Positions 53,001 to 61,167 of a stretch of 64,000 nt of DNA are shown in pieces (position 1 is the stretch's first letter; each line of letters begins with the position of its first letter). Below the pieces are notes generated by a model. It was given only the letters and a program-made list of their open reading frames with translations. It made no database searches and was not told the origin of the DNA. The position numbers and the translations under genes are program-made. The DNA comes from Podarcis filfolensis (lineage: Eukaryota): the NCBI GenBank assembly GCA_964270895.1, contig OZ185440.1. The stretch is one strand, 5' to 3'.

Positions 53001-56000
53001 CTTCGAGAACACTGTCCAACCATCTAGTCCTCTGTCGTCCCCTTCTCCTTGTGCCCTCAATCTTTCCCAACACCAGGGTCTTTTCCAGGGAGTCTTCTCT
53101 TTTCATGAGGTGACCAAAGTACTAGGAGATAAAGTTTAGGGTTGTGGACATGTGCAAATCCCATTGAACCCAACAGCAAAACAGCACATAGAAAAAAATG
53201 TGTTTGTCTCAGGAGTCTATATCCTCACAATTCTGAGTCCCCTTGATTATCCCTACACAGAAATTAATCAGAAAATGATTCTATCAGCCATGTATATGCC
53301 TGTGAGTATGTACACATTATTATAGTCCTAAAGCAAGACTCTCATTTTCCATTCTCCTGCTCTCATCAGGGCATCTGATGCTCCCCAACTTATGCAAGCC
53401 ATATGTGACTTCCATGCAAGAAACCCCAGGGAGCTCACATTAATGAAAGGAGATCTCCTAGAGGTAAGACAGAAGTTCCTTACCCTTCAGCAAACTAACC
53501 TCCTGGTAAAAACAGCACTTTCAATAATAATAATTTATTATTTATACCCCACCTATCTGGCTAGGTTTCCCCAGTCACTCTGGGTGGCTTCCAACAAAAT
53601 ATTAAAATACAATAGTCTATTAAACATTAAAAGCTTCTCTAAACAGGGCTGCCTTCAGATGTCTTCTAAAAGTCTGGTAGTTGTTTTTCTCTTTGACATC
53701 TGGTGGGAGGGCGTACCACATGGTGGGTGCCACTACCAAGAAGACCCTCTGCCTGGTTCTCTGTAACTTGGCTTCTTGCAGCGAGGGAACCACCAGAAGG
53801 CCCTTGGCGCTGGTCCTCAGTGTCCAGGCAGAATGATGGGGGTGGAGGTGCTCCTTCAGGTATACTGGAACGAGGCCATTTAGGGCTTTAAAGGTCAGCA
53901 CCAACACTTTGAATTGTGCTCGGAAACGTACTGGGAGCCAATGTAGATCTTTCAAGACCAGTGTTATGTGGTTTCAGCGGCCGCTCCCAGTCACCAGTCT
54001 AGCTGCTGCATTCTGGATTAGTTGTAGTTTCCAGGTCACCTTCAAAGGTAGCCCCACATAGAGCACATTGCAGTAGTCCAAGCGAGAGATAACTAGAGCA
54101 TGCACCACTCTGGCGAGACAGTCTGTGGGCAGGTAAGGTCTCAGCCTGCGTACCAGATGGAGCTGATAAACAGCTGCCCTGGACACAGAACTGACCTGCA
54201 CCTCCATGGACAGCTATTCCTTCTGCATAAGCTCAGCAAGCCTCCTGCCCTGTTGCTTAATTGCACCCATGTGCACTCCAAATGATCGCAGCCCAATCAT
54301 GACTCAGGCAGGTCAGGAGGGGGGGGGAACCAGATCAATGGGAATAGGGTAATAATTCCCATTATCAAGCAGTGGTTTCAGCAATGTTGCATGAGCTTAT
54401 TAGAAAGAAAAGACACACTAAGGGTTAAAGACTTTGAACACTAATCTTTGTCAAGAAATCACTCTTGCTGTAGATGGACTCTGGAGCTGGAAGCTAATCA
54501 GTAGACAATAGAACCTCTCTCACCCAAAGAGAGAAGTCTCTCCAACCTTTTTTTAATATCTCTGATGATTCACTGTTCCAACTAGCTCATTCCATTTCTG
54601 CCTCACTGATAACTTCTGCTTAATGCTTACTGCAACCTTTGCCAATGCCATGCTCTCCAGATATTTTCGACTCCAACTCCCAAGAGCTCCAGCCAGCATG
54701 GCCTTGGAGATGGGAGCTGTAGTCCAAAGTAACTGCAGTGCTTTTCAAGTTCCATCAGTGCAACAGACTTTCTCCCTCCTCTAGTGAGGGAGAAGATTAC
54801 ATTGCACAAGCAGGAATCATTGAACTGATGGGACATGGGACTTGGTGCTATGTTGGATTCCACCCTTGGAGATCACCAGCTTGCTAAAGCCTGGTTTACT
54901 ATCCTGCATTATGGAACTTGAAAGTTAAGTGGGTAGCCTGTGGCTTCTACTAACATCACTGATATCTCCTTTCTCATGATTACATTCCACCCTCACTAGA
55001 ACTCAAAGGCAGTATACAGTGGGACCTCAGTTTAAGAACAGCCCTGTTTACGAACTATTTGGTTTATGAACTCTGCAAAACTGGAAGTAGTGTCTCGGTT
55101 TATGAACTTTACCTCGGTCTAAGAACAGAATCTGAATGGTGGAAGGGCACAGGCGGCGGGAGGCCTCATTAGGGAAAGCGTGCCTCCGTTTAAGAACAGT
55201 TTTGGTTTAAGAACGGACTTCCGGAACGGATTAAGTTCGTAAACCGAGGTACCACTGCACAGGTATTTCATTTTAATCAGTTGCAGTGTTTTGGTGTAAA
55301 GCCACTTCCGAGTTGGGGAGGAGGTAGGGTTGCGGGCTTCACGCCCACCCCACGTGCGCGGGGGCTGGATGCAGCCCCCACGAGACTGAGGGAATCCCAG
55401 CTGCGTCGTCCACCCAGCCAGCCAATTGGGTGGCTGGGGAGGCATGGCCAGCCCTATTTAGGGCTGGCGCGGCCGGGGCTCGCCCTCTTTTCGCCGTGCC
55501 AGCCGTCTCATTTTCCCACCCTCCCTCCCCTTAGGTAGGCTCCTGACTTTGCTATGGACTTCAGTTGGTCGTCGCAAGGGGCCTGGTAGGAATTTTTCCC
55601 AATTGGCAAATTTCAGCCAATCGGTTTTTCGCCTGCCTCGTAGCAACTCGTCACAACTCCTGGGCTTTTGGGTTTGGCATTGGTAAGAAGGGGTTAAGAG
55701 GATGTGGGGAGGGAGGAAACACCATCACCTCCCTCCAAAAGCTAAGGGTAGTCTGATAAAGGATTCGGGGGGCGTGGCCCTGTCCACAGCCTATGGAGGT
55801 GTGGGCCTAAGGCACGCCCCCGAGCGGTGACCCGGGGGGAGCTCCTAGTTGATGTGCCTCAGCAGGACTCCCCCTTATGGTGTTAACCCTTGCCGGTCTT
55901 CATGCAATCAGGCTGGAGCCGGCTAGTCGATAGGACCAATGCCTAAGCCAATACCTTTCATTCCTGTAATCAATAAAGTTGTGGCCTAATTCGCCCATTA

Positions 56001-58853
56001 AACTAAAACTTGGTGTCCTGTGTCTTTATTTTCTCCTTGTGGGGGGGGAACTCGCCACGCAATCACACATTCTCCTTTGTTTAGGTTTTGGATCAACGGA
56101 AAAAATGGTGGCTTGCTAGAAATGCTGCAGGAGAGACAGGCTATATCCCTAACAATATCCTGGAGCCTATGGAACAGAAGACACCTAATGGGAACAAAGC
56201 AGAGCAAGTAGGTACTATTCTTTATTGTACTGGATGGCATTGCAGGGGCACAGAGATATGGAGCTATGATTTTGTAAAATACATCTGCTCTGCACAGTCT
56301 TTGAGCATATCTGTGTCTGCCCTTCAAAAGAGGCAACGCAATGCATGACCAGAAACCTAGAAAGTTCTCCAGAGGAAATTTAGGTAGCTCTGCAAACACT
56401 GCTGGGAGCCAGCTGTGCATGGGACTCCCTCTGCTTCATTTCTCTCCTCACCCCCACCCCCGGTTCAATATTGGGACATAGGCTTTTTCTCCCCCCCCCT
56501 TTTCACAGAAGCGGATGAACTTTGCAAGCATACCAACCCTCTGTGGTGGCTAAAGCTTGCCAATTTACAGACTAAGAAATTCACAAGTGTTTGTACTGAA
56601 AAGCTCTGAAATGTGATTTACTGTTGTTGGTTTTAAGGAACCATCTACAGCTCTTTAAAAAAGAAGTAGTAGTAGTTCTGGGCAAAATTTGATGGAATTT
56701 GCAGACAAGCTTGCCTATTCTGAATCCTGCCAGATTTCAAAAGGGCAGCTGCAGTGGTTTTCCAAGAAAAGCAGCTATTTCCAAGAAAAGCAGGGGTGGG
56801 GTAACTCCAGCCCACCAGGCCTCCCCAATTGGGCCCCTGATGCCAATTTCAGGCAAGCCATATCCACCTGCTCCACAGCCGACATCTGTGGATCACGTAA
56901 AAGCAGAGCTTGGCCAAAGAGGGCCAAGCACCCAACAACCACCTGCAGCCCTATGCTCAGTGCTGGGAAAGTGCTGGGTGGTGATGGATTTCAGTCAGGA
57001 CCATGGCAGAGAAAAAGCATTTAATCTGCCCTCCCCCAACACCAGCTTTTTATTTTTTTTAAAGCAACTATGCAAAATCATATCTAGTTTGGTTCTGAGA
57101 GCTAAAAGAAAGAAAAATTAAGTACCCAAAATTGCAGCCACTCAGCTGTTCAGGATGTAAGCCTTTAGCTGGAGGCAATCATTGTTCTCTATTAAATATC
57201 TTTCTCTGCATTAAGGTTTCAAGAGACTTCCCTGATCTCCGACCCAGTTCTTCACCAGCAGAAGTCACAGTTTGGCTCAGGATGAAAGGTTTTTCCAAGA
57301 TGTAGGTGCTGCATTAATAACTGACCCAAGAAAGCTTATCCCTAACAAATAACTCGGCCCCACACCCTTTCCTAGGTGCTGTGTTTCTGATACATAGCTT
57401 AGCAGACTGCCTGCAAAGATAATAAACTTTCAATTTAGACTTAAAAGGCATTAACAAAGCCGGATAGCACAGCAGCACTATTATCGTGGTCTGGGGCCAG
57501 TTTCAGAAATTGTCTGGTTATTTCTCCATTGAAAAACAATGGAATAGTAGGGAGTGCCACTCTTGTATACTTTATCACGAGGATGGTGTGTGCCGAGCAT
57601 TTTTAAAAATCCAAACTCTGTATAAAGATGACTCGATTGGAAAGCTCAGAAATAATGAAATGTGATTTGATTATCTTGCACAGTATGTTCTACAACCAAA
57701 GAACATGGAGGTTTTTGCAAAGTTCAGGGAGAACAGGAGAAGGGAAGGTTGTGAATATAAGAGATGGTCCATAGGGCTAAAAAGATTTGTGCCGTGGAGT
57801 GAAATTCTTCCCAGCTGTAAGCCCTGTTCTGCCTCCCTCTAGCTTCAGAGATTTCACCGAAAGACTACTATAGACAAAAATGTGATTTTAAATGAAGAGG
57901 ATCTCAGTGCTGAGTTCTGTATGAAATATCCAGTTCTAGGTTTGCTAAGCCATACAGAACCAAAAGTGACCTAGAGGCTCAAGCGATGGGATTGGATGTA
58001 AAAGAGCCAGGTTCAAATTCTCAGTTACCCATTTAAGGAAGTTGCTGTCTCTCAGCCTTACCTACCTCACATAATTGTTTTTTCACACAGAATGATAAAC
58101 TCATATAAACTAGATTTTTTAAAAATAAAGTGGGCTAAAAACTGCTTGGTCAGCTAGCACTGTATTTGTGGCAAAGTCTACCTTCTGCCTGGCGCAGGCT
58201 TGAGGAAGAGGTGGTGCTGTGGTCTAAACCACTGAGCCTCTTGGGTTTGCTGGTCAAAAGGTCAGCAGTTTGAATCCCTGCAACAGAGTAAGCTCCTGTT
58301 GCTTTGTCCCAGCTCCTGCCAACCTAGCAGTTCGAAAGCACACCAGTGCAAGTAGATAAATAGGTACTGCTATGGCAGGAAGGTAAACAGGGTTTCCGTG
58401 CACTCTGGTTTCTGTCACGGTGTTGGTTTGCACCAGAAGCGGTATAGTCATGCTGGCCACATGACCCAGAAAGCTGTCTGCGGACAAACACTGGCTCCCT
58501 CAGCCTGAAAACGAGATGAGCACCGCAACCCCATAGTCGCCTTTGACTGGACTTAACAGTCCAGGGGTCCTTTACCTTTTACCTTTTACCTTTTACTGTG
58601 CTCTTCTCTTTGGGAATGTCTCAAGCCAGTACCATCTTTTGCCACCTTGCTTTGATGCTATCTCACTCACACACGCACACACACACGTACACTTTCCCTT
58701 CTTCCTTCATCTTTCAACAGTACGGTGAAGGCCCTTGGAGTCCTTGATGGAAACCAGATTCTGTCTCTGAGCAGAGAGGAGCTGAAAGCAGTTTGCCCGG
58801 AAGAAGGAGGAAGAGTGTTTCTCATGCTTTCAACCATTAAATCAGCACTGTAG
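37106..58853 (+). CDS. EPS8L3: EPS8-like 3 (EGFR kinase substrate 8-like protein 3), complete spliced CDS, 18 coding exons, 607 aa
   Basis: Hand-spliced exons 37106-37146, 38167-38231, 39335-39399, 40737-40895, 41260-41409, 42188-42264, 43078-43265, 44939-45030, 46443-46560, 49290-49354, 50804-50878, 51377-51525, 52486-52594, 52822-52856, 53370-53463, 56085-56207, 57216-57301, 58721-58853 sum to 1824 nt with matching phases and GT-AG introns. Peptides match EPS8L3 motifs: [36 protein letters not shown] (PTB), [65 protein letters not shown] (SH3), [21 protein letters not shown] (SAM-like). Confidence 0.95.
37706..38056 (+). mobile_element. Sauria SINE in EPS8L3 intron
   Basis: Full length. 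TSD tagtagtgatgaaggg at 37690-37705 and 38057-38072; its terminal ggg may overlap the SINE start. Confidence 0.93.
38167..38231 (+). CDS. EPS8L3: EPS8L3 coding exon 2 ([21 protein letters not shown])
   Basis: ttcctccacag| acceptor, |gtaaga donor. [10 protein letters not shown] corresponds to human EPS8L3 MSRPSSRAIY. Confidence 0.92.
39335..39399 (+). CDS. EPS8L3: EPS8L3 coding exon 3 ([22 protein letters not shown])
   Basis: ctctcatag| acceptor, GAG|gtagga donor. RKEY and QHRVE are EPS8-family motifs. Confidence 0.95.
40398..40543. repeat. 42-bp minisatellite, about 3.5 identical copies
   Basis: Unit ctcagttaattataatttgcccctgtagataatttgcccctg at 40398, 40440 and 40482, with a partial copy at 40524. 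Confidence 0.95.
40737..40895 (+). CDS. EPS8L3: EPS8L3 coding exon 4, PTB domain ([53 protein letters not shown])
   Basis: ttcccag| ... GAG|gtaagc, 159 nt, phase 0/0. Confidence 0.97.
41260..41409 (+). CDS. EPS8L3: EPS8L3 coding exon 5, PTB domain ([50 protein letters not shown])
   Basis: ttgcttacag| ... GGA|gtgagc, 150 nt. EELDSY, YNSIL and LFQC motifs. Confidence 0.97.
41808..41852. repeat. (AAAG)n microsatellite
   Basis: Direct reading. Confidence 0.95.
42188..42264 (+). CDS. EPS8L3: EPS8L3 coding exon 6 ([26 protein letters not shown])
   Basis: ttcctccag| ... AG|gtagtg, 77 nt. Resembles human AERLKTSLQKALEEE. Confidence 0.92.
42687..43045 (-). mobile_element. Sauria SINE just upstream of EPS8L3 exon 7
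   Basis: Diagnostic body. 9-bp TSD aagaatgta at 42678-42686 and 43046-43054. Confidence 0.92.
43078..43265 (+). CDS. EPS8L3: EPS8L3 coding exon 7, Pro/Gln-rich linker ([14 protein letters not shown]...AGPVPVDY)
   Basis: cttatcag| ... G|gtaatg, open frame, phases 2/1 fit the flanking exons. Low sequence conservation is expected in this linker. Confidence 0.82.
43545..44085 (+). mobile_element. Rex1/Babar-clade LINE 3' end
   Basis: Translates VWFGSCT...[20 protein letters not shown] and, after a frameshift, [25 protein letters not shown], a Rex1-type C-terminus. Ends with aataaa and an (ATCGT)n tail. Confidence 0.85.
44688..44910 (+). mobile_element. L2 LINE 3' end
   Basis: Same 3' UTR as the 3285 copy (cccagagtggctggggaaacccagccagatgggcgg.gtataaataataaattatt). 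Confidence 0.88.
44939..45030 (+). CDS. EPS8L3: EPS8L3 coding exon 8 ([31 protein letters not shown])
   Basis: gttgcag| ... GCT|gtaagt, phases 1/0. DRDA precedes EILNH, like human ERDE|EVLNH. Confidence 0.88.
45157..45486 (+). mobile_element. Solo LTR, 330 bp
   Basis: TG...CA ends, 5-bp TSD gcagg at 45152-45156 and 45487-45491, repeated ctgattgg CCAAT boxes, TATA-like tatataaa near 45386 and AATAAA near 45444. Confidence 0.9.
45712..45800. repeat. (GATA)n microsatellite
   Basis: Direct reading. Confidence 0.95.
46443..46560 (+). CDS. EPS8L3: EPS8L3 coding exon 9 ([39 protein letters not shown])
   Basis: ggccacag| ... G|gtaaat, 118 nt. [10 protein letters not shown] motif plus Lys-rich stretch typical of the EPS8 family. 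Confidence 0.96.
46913..47025 (+). mobile_element. L2 LINE extreme 3' end with (ATT)n tail
   Basis: ggaagccatccagagtggctggggaaactcagccagatgggcggggtataaataaa(tta)n. Confidence 0.85.
49290..49354 (+). CDS. EPS8L3: EPS8L3 coding exon 10 ([22 protein letters not shown])
   Basis: tctgcag| ... CTG|gtaggt. DCFQKIK motif. Confidence 0.96.
50804..50878 (+). CDS. EPS8L3: EPS8L3 coding exon 11 ([25 protein letters not shown])
   Basis: tttcccccccag| ... ATT|gtgagt, 75 nt. SAPE.V.LIF motif. Confidence 0.94.
51377..51525 (+). CDS. EPS8L3: EPS8L3 coding exon 12 ([50 protein letters not shown])
   Basis: ctttgcag| ... AG|gtacgg, 149 nt. SPLL..AI.LL and W..LG.AW motifs. Confidence 0.96.
51896..52406 (-). 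mobile_element. 5'-truncated non-LTR retrotransposon 3' end, L1/Tx1-like
   Basis: 17-bp TSD cttggctccacatctgt at 51879-51895 and 52407-52423. On the minus strand there is a pyrimidine-rich UTR, aataaa and an A-rich tail. The clade is inferred. Confidence 0.8.
52486..52594 (+). CDS. EPS8L3: EPS8L3 coding exon 13 ([36 protein letters not shown])
   Basis: ttcccccatag| ... AAG|gtgaat. YQPTF..W motif. Confidence 0.94.
52822..52856 (+). CDS. EPS8L3: EPS8L3 coding exon 14, 35-nt small exon ([12 protein letters not shown])
   Basis: Long pyrimidine tract ttcttctgttttcctccacacag|, donor CAG|gtatgt. Needed to convert phase 0 to phase 2 between exons 13 and 15. Confidence 0.82.
52881..53121 (-). mobile_element. 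Bov-B (RTE clade) LINE 3' end
   Basis: Translates [26 protein letters not shown]...[23 protein letters not shown], with a (CAA)n tail. Confidence 0.93.
53370..53463 (+). CDS. EPS8L3: EPS8L3 coding exon 15, SH3 N-half ([31 protein letters not shown])
   Basis: ctctcatcag| ... GAG|gtaaga. ARNPRELT motif as in human EPS8L3. Confidence 0.96.
53522..54207 (-). mobile_element. L2 LINE 3' fragment, antisense in EPS8L3 intron
   Basis: Translates [15 protein letters not shown]...[12 protein letters not shown] / [23 protein letters not shown]. Confidence 0.9.
55017..55257. mobile_element. Tigger/pogo-like MITE
   Basis: TIRs cagtgggacctcagtttaagaac / gttcgtaaaccgaggtaccactg. Left flank TA, right flank CA. 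Confidence 0.85.
55295..56067 (+). mobile_element. Solo LTR-like element (~770 bp, Gypsy-like), CpG-rich
   Basis: TGTAA...TCACA ends, CCAAT boxes, AATAAA near 55972 followed by a U5-like gttgtggcc...tgtgtctttatt. No clean TSD found. Confidence 0.72.
56085..56207 (+). CDS. EPS8L3: EPS8L3 coding exon 16, SH3 C-half ([41 protein letters not shown])
   Basis: ctcctttgtttag| ... CAA|gtaggt. WW and GYIP.NIL SH3 motifs. Confidence 0.97.
57216..57301 (+). CDS. EPS8L3: EPS8L3 coding exon 17, SAM-like effector region ([29 protein letters not shown])
   Basis: ctctgcattaag| ... AT|gtaggt. S.P.EV..WL...GFS motif. Confidence 0.93.
58205..58595 (+). mobile_element. Sauria SINE, diverged
   Basis: gtggtgctgtggtctaaacc...ctgccaacctagcagttcgaaagcac...ggggtcc(tttacc)n. 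Confidence 0.9.
58721..58853 (+). CDS. EPS8L3: EPS8L3 coding exon 18 ([43 protein letters not shown])
   Basis: ctttcaacag| ... CTG TAG|gtaaga, 133 nt. LG.L.G.Q.L and EL..VCP.E..RV motifs. The stop occupies the last three exonic bases. Confidence 0.93.
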
Positions 58854-59991
58854 GTAAGACGCCCTCCAACAGAACACTCATCTGTCTTGTGGCAAGAGGT
58901 ATGCTATAGGGTGGCCTCTTCCCAGGCCACACACCCCTCAGGCTGCTTTGCACCCTCCTTGAGTGTTTTTGTCTGGCTGGAATAGTCCTTGGATTGTGGT
59001 GATGCCTCTCACTTACCTGGACAGAGGATAGAGAGATATGTGTGGGTGCATGTGAAAACCTCTCAACCTTTATGGTCAGAGTCTGTTTTCACTGTTAAGA
59101 GCCATGTCTGTTTCTCTACCCACTTTTGCCTCTGGCCAGCTCACCATTTTTATGTAGTCACCAGACAGTTTCTCATGACGGAATCTGGCCTTCGGGCTGA
59201 AAGCCAGTCCCCCTTCTCCTCCTGTAGGCAATATTTGACTGGATACAATGCCACAATGCCATTGTGTTCTTGCACAGGCTACGTAGTTTCCCATTGCTTT
59301 AGTTTCTCCCTGTTGGAGATGAATGTAGGCATAGGACCCAACTCCTAGGGGCCAAGGTCCCTTTGCCCCCCATAAAATATTTGAGGGGGCTGTCCCCCCA
59401 AAGTTGAGGGGCATTGCCATTCAAATGGTGTGTGAGCAGTGTGTCTCTTGATCGATTACGCAGGGCCTCCCAATATTTTATTCAAGTTGGCACCTGAATA
59501 TAGGAACACCGTGGGTGCTTAATTCAGGGAGATATACCCAAGTAGAACACAGGGGTTTTCTACTTGTGTATGTTCCTATACAGCGAGTTCCTTAATTCAG
59601 GGGGATAGCATATGCATAGCTTGTTGCATTCCTGCACCAGCTTCTCTCTCTTCAAGCCCCACAGAAAGCTGACAAAGAGACCAGTGACCCACTCCTATGC
59701 ACTAAATGTGTCAGTTTTAGGATTGTCTCACTTTTAAGACTGGGGGCGGGAAACCTTTTTGGCTCCAGGGACCAGATCATAATCAAGCCCCATCATCTAG
59801 TATAGAGTTTATGGAGAAGCGCTTGGGGAAAAGTCACTGATATCAAGCTCAACAATTATGAAGCTGCTAGAAGGATAAAGTAAGCAATTCTGAAATATAA
59901 CCTCAAGCTTCTTAGAGGTTCGTAAATGTGGTAAATGTAATGATTAGAGTTTATCCAGCATCAACTCTTCTCTCCTTGCTTCTCTTGACAG

Positions 59992-60485
59992 GATGATCCA
60001 CCAGAGCAGCCATCTTTAACCACTACATAATTATCATAATAGGAACGTGTTAATGATTTTCCATTTGCTTTTCAAGAAGGTGAAGTGTTTTCCTCTGCAG
60101 CTGTGTGCATACAAAAAGTTGTAAATAGCGGGACTGTAATGCCATAAAATAAGAGGTATTGTCAATGCAATTGCTGTGTGAATTTCAAAATATATGCAAG
60201 ATAAGGAGTAGGACAAATTAGCACAGCAGTACGTTAGTGTAGCAAGTTTAGGAAGGCTGTGTTATGACCAACTAAACATTCTTGATTTAGTCTCCCAGAA
60301 AAAGAATCAAACTTTTCTTAAGTTAGAGCTATGTCCGAGTGTCCCAATACCATTTTTGATGGGAAAACGTGAACTTTCAAGATGAGTGGAGGAGCTCACT
60401 GCGAGAATTGAATGTTTTCCAACTAGTTCCTAAATGTTTCCATTTGTGTCAAACTACCCAATAAATTTTAATCTTTAATGTGTCA
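59992..60485 (+). other. EPS8L3: Probable EPS8L3 terminal exon / 3' UTR
   Basis: Strong acceptor ctcttctctccttgcttctcttgacag| at 59991, AATAAA at 60460-60465, followed by GU/U-rich tgtcacaactgcttgtgtttttg. The 3' end coordinate is an estimate. Confidence 0.65.
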
Positions 60486-60906
60486 CAACTGCTTGTGTTT
60501 TTGCTGTATAGCAAGTAATGTAACTACTGGTCCAGAACCTTCTCAAAAATATTTGTGAAAATTGTGCATTTCCTACTAGGCATGTGCTCTTATCTCACCG
60601 TCGGTTAGATTTAGCAACAAAATAACTCTACAGGCTACATTTGCACCTGCAGCCAAATCTTAACCCAAACAGCCTCACTCTAGGGAGGGAATCCTTCTCC
60701 AGAAAAGAAAGAAAGCATTCATAAGAGGAATATAAAGAATGCCACTAGACCTCAAATTAGCAGGAGACCAACAGAAATGTCAACCCTCTTCTTCCACAGA
60801 TGGGCAAGACATGTTCATACAACCACTCGGAACAGCAAGATAAAAGCAACACATTAATGGCCAATAAAGACATGATGGCACATTCAACAGAACAACAATA
60901 TCATTC

Positions 60907-60912
60907 TTTATT
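60907..60912 (-). terminator. Likely GSTM polyadenylation signal (AATAAA on minus)
   Basis: TTTATT on +. On the minus strand it is followed by GU-rich tattgttgttctgttgaatgtg. A second minus-strand AATAAA lies at 61060-61065, only 6 nt after the stop. Confidence 0.55.
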
Positions 60913-61071
60913 GGCTACTACAGCTTTAAAAATACAGAATAGTTTCCAACTATTCTATAGAAAGAGTACTACATTCAGGAGGGGGCAGCCTTTAGTCAAT
61001 CCAATCAGCTCTACTCAAGGCAAAAAGAAGTCTTCTTGTCTAGCAGCAGCAAGGAAATTTTTATTCTTCAT

Positions 61072-61167
61072 CTACTCTTTCTTGTTACACCATTTAGCCA
61101 TCTTGTTATTAATAGGAGTCTTCATAAAGCGGCTGGATTTCATGTAGGCAGCAATCTTCTCTAGGGC
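61072..61167 (-). CDS. GSTM: GSTM exon 8, terminal coding exon (ALEKIAAYMKSSRFMKTPINNKMAKWCNKKE*)
   Basis: ctgcacctccag| acceptor, TAG at 61074-61072. Confidence 0.96.
   Translation of the reverse strand, partial: ALEKIAAYMKSSRFMKTPINNKMAKWCNKKE

Noticed and set aside
53620-54207. ORFs with reverse-transcriptase C-terminal similarity (also 3277-3528 and 61739-62218)
   Set aside because: These are truncated, frameshifted L2 remnants rather than functional genes. They are reported as mobile elements.
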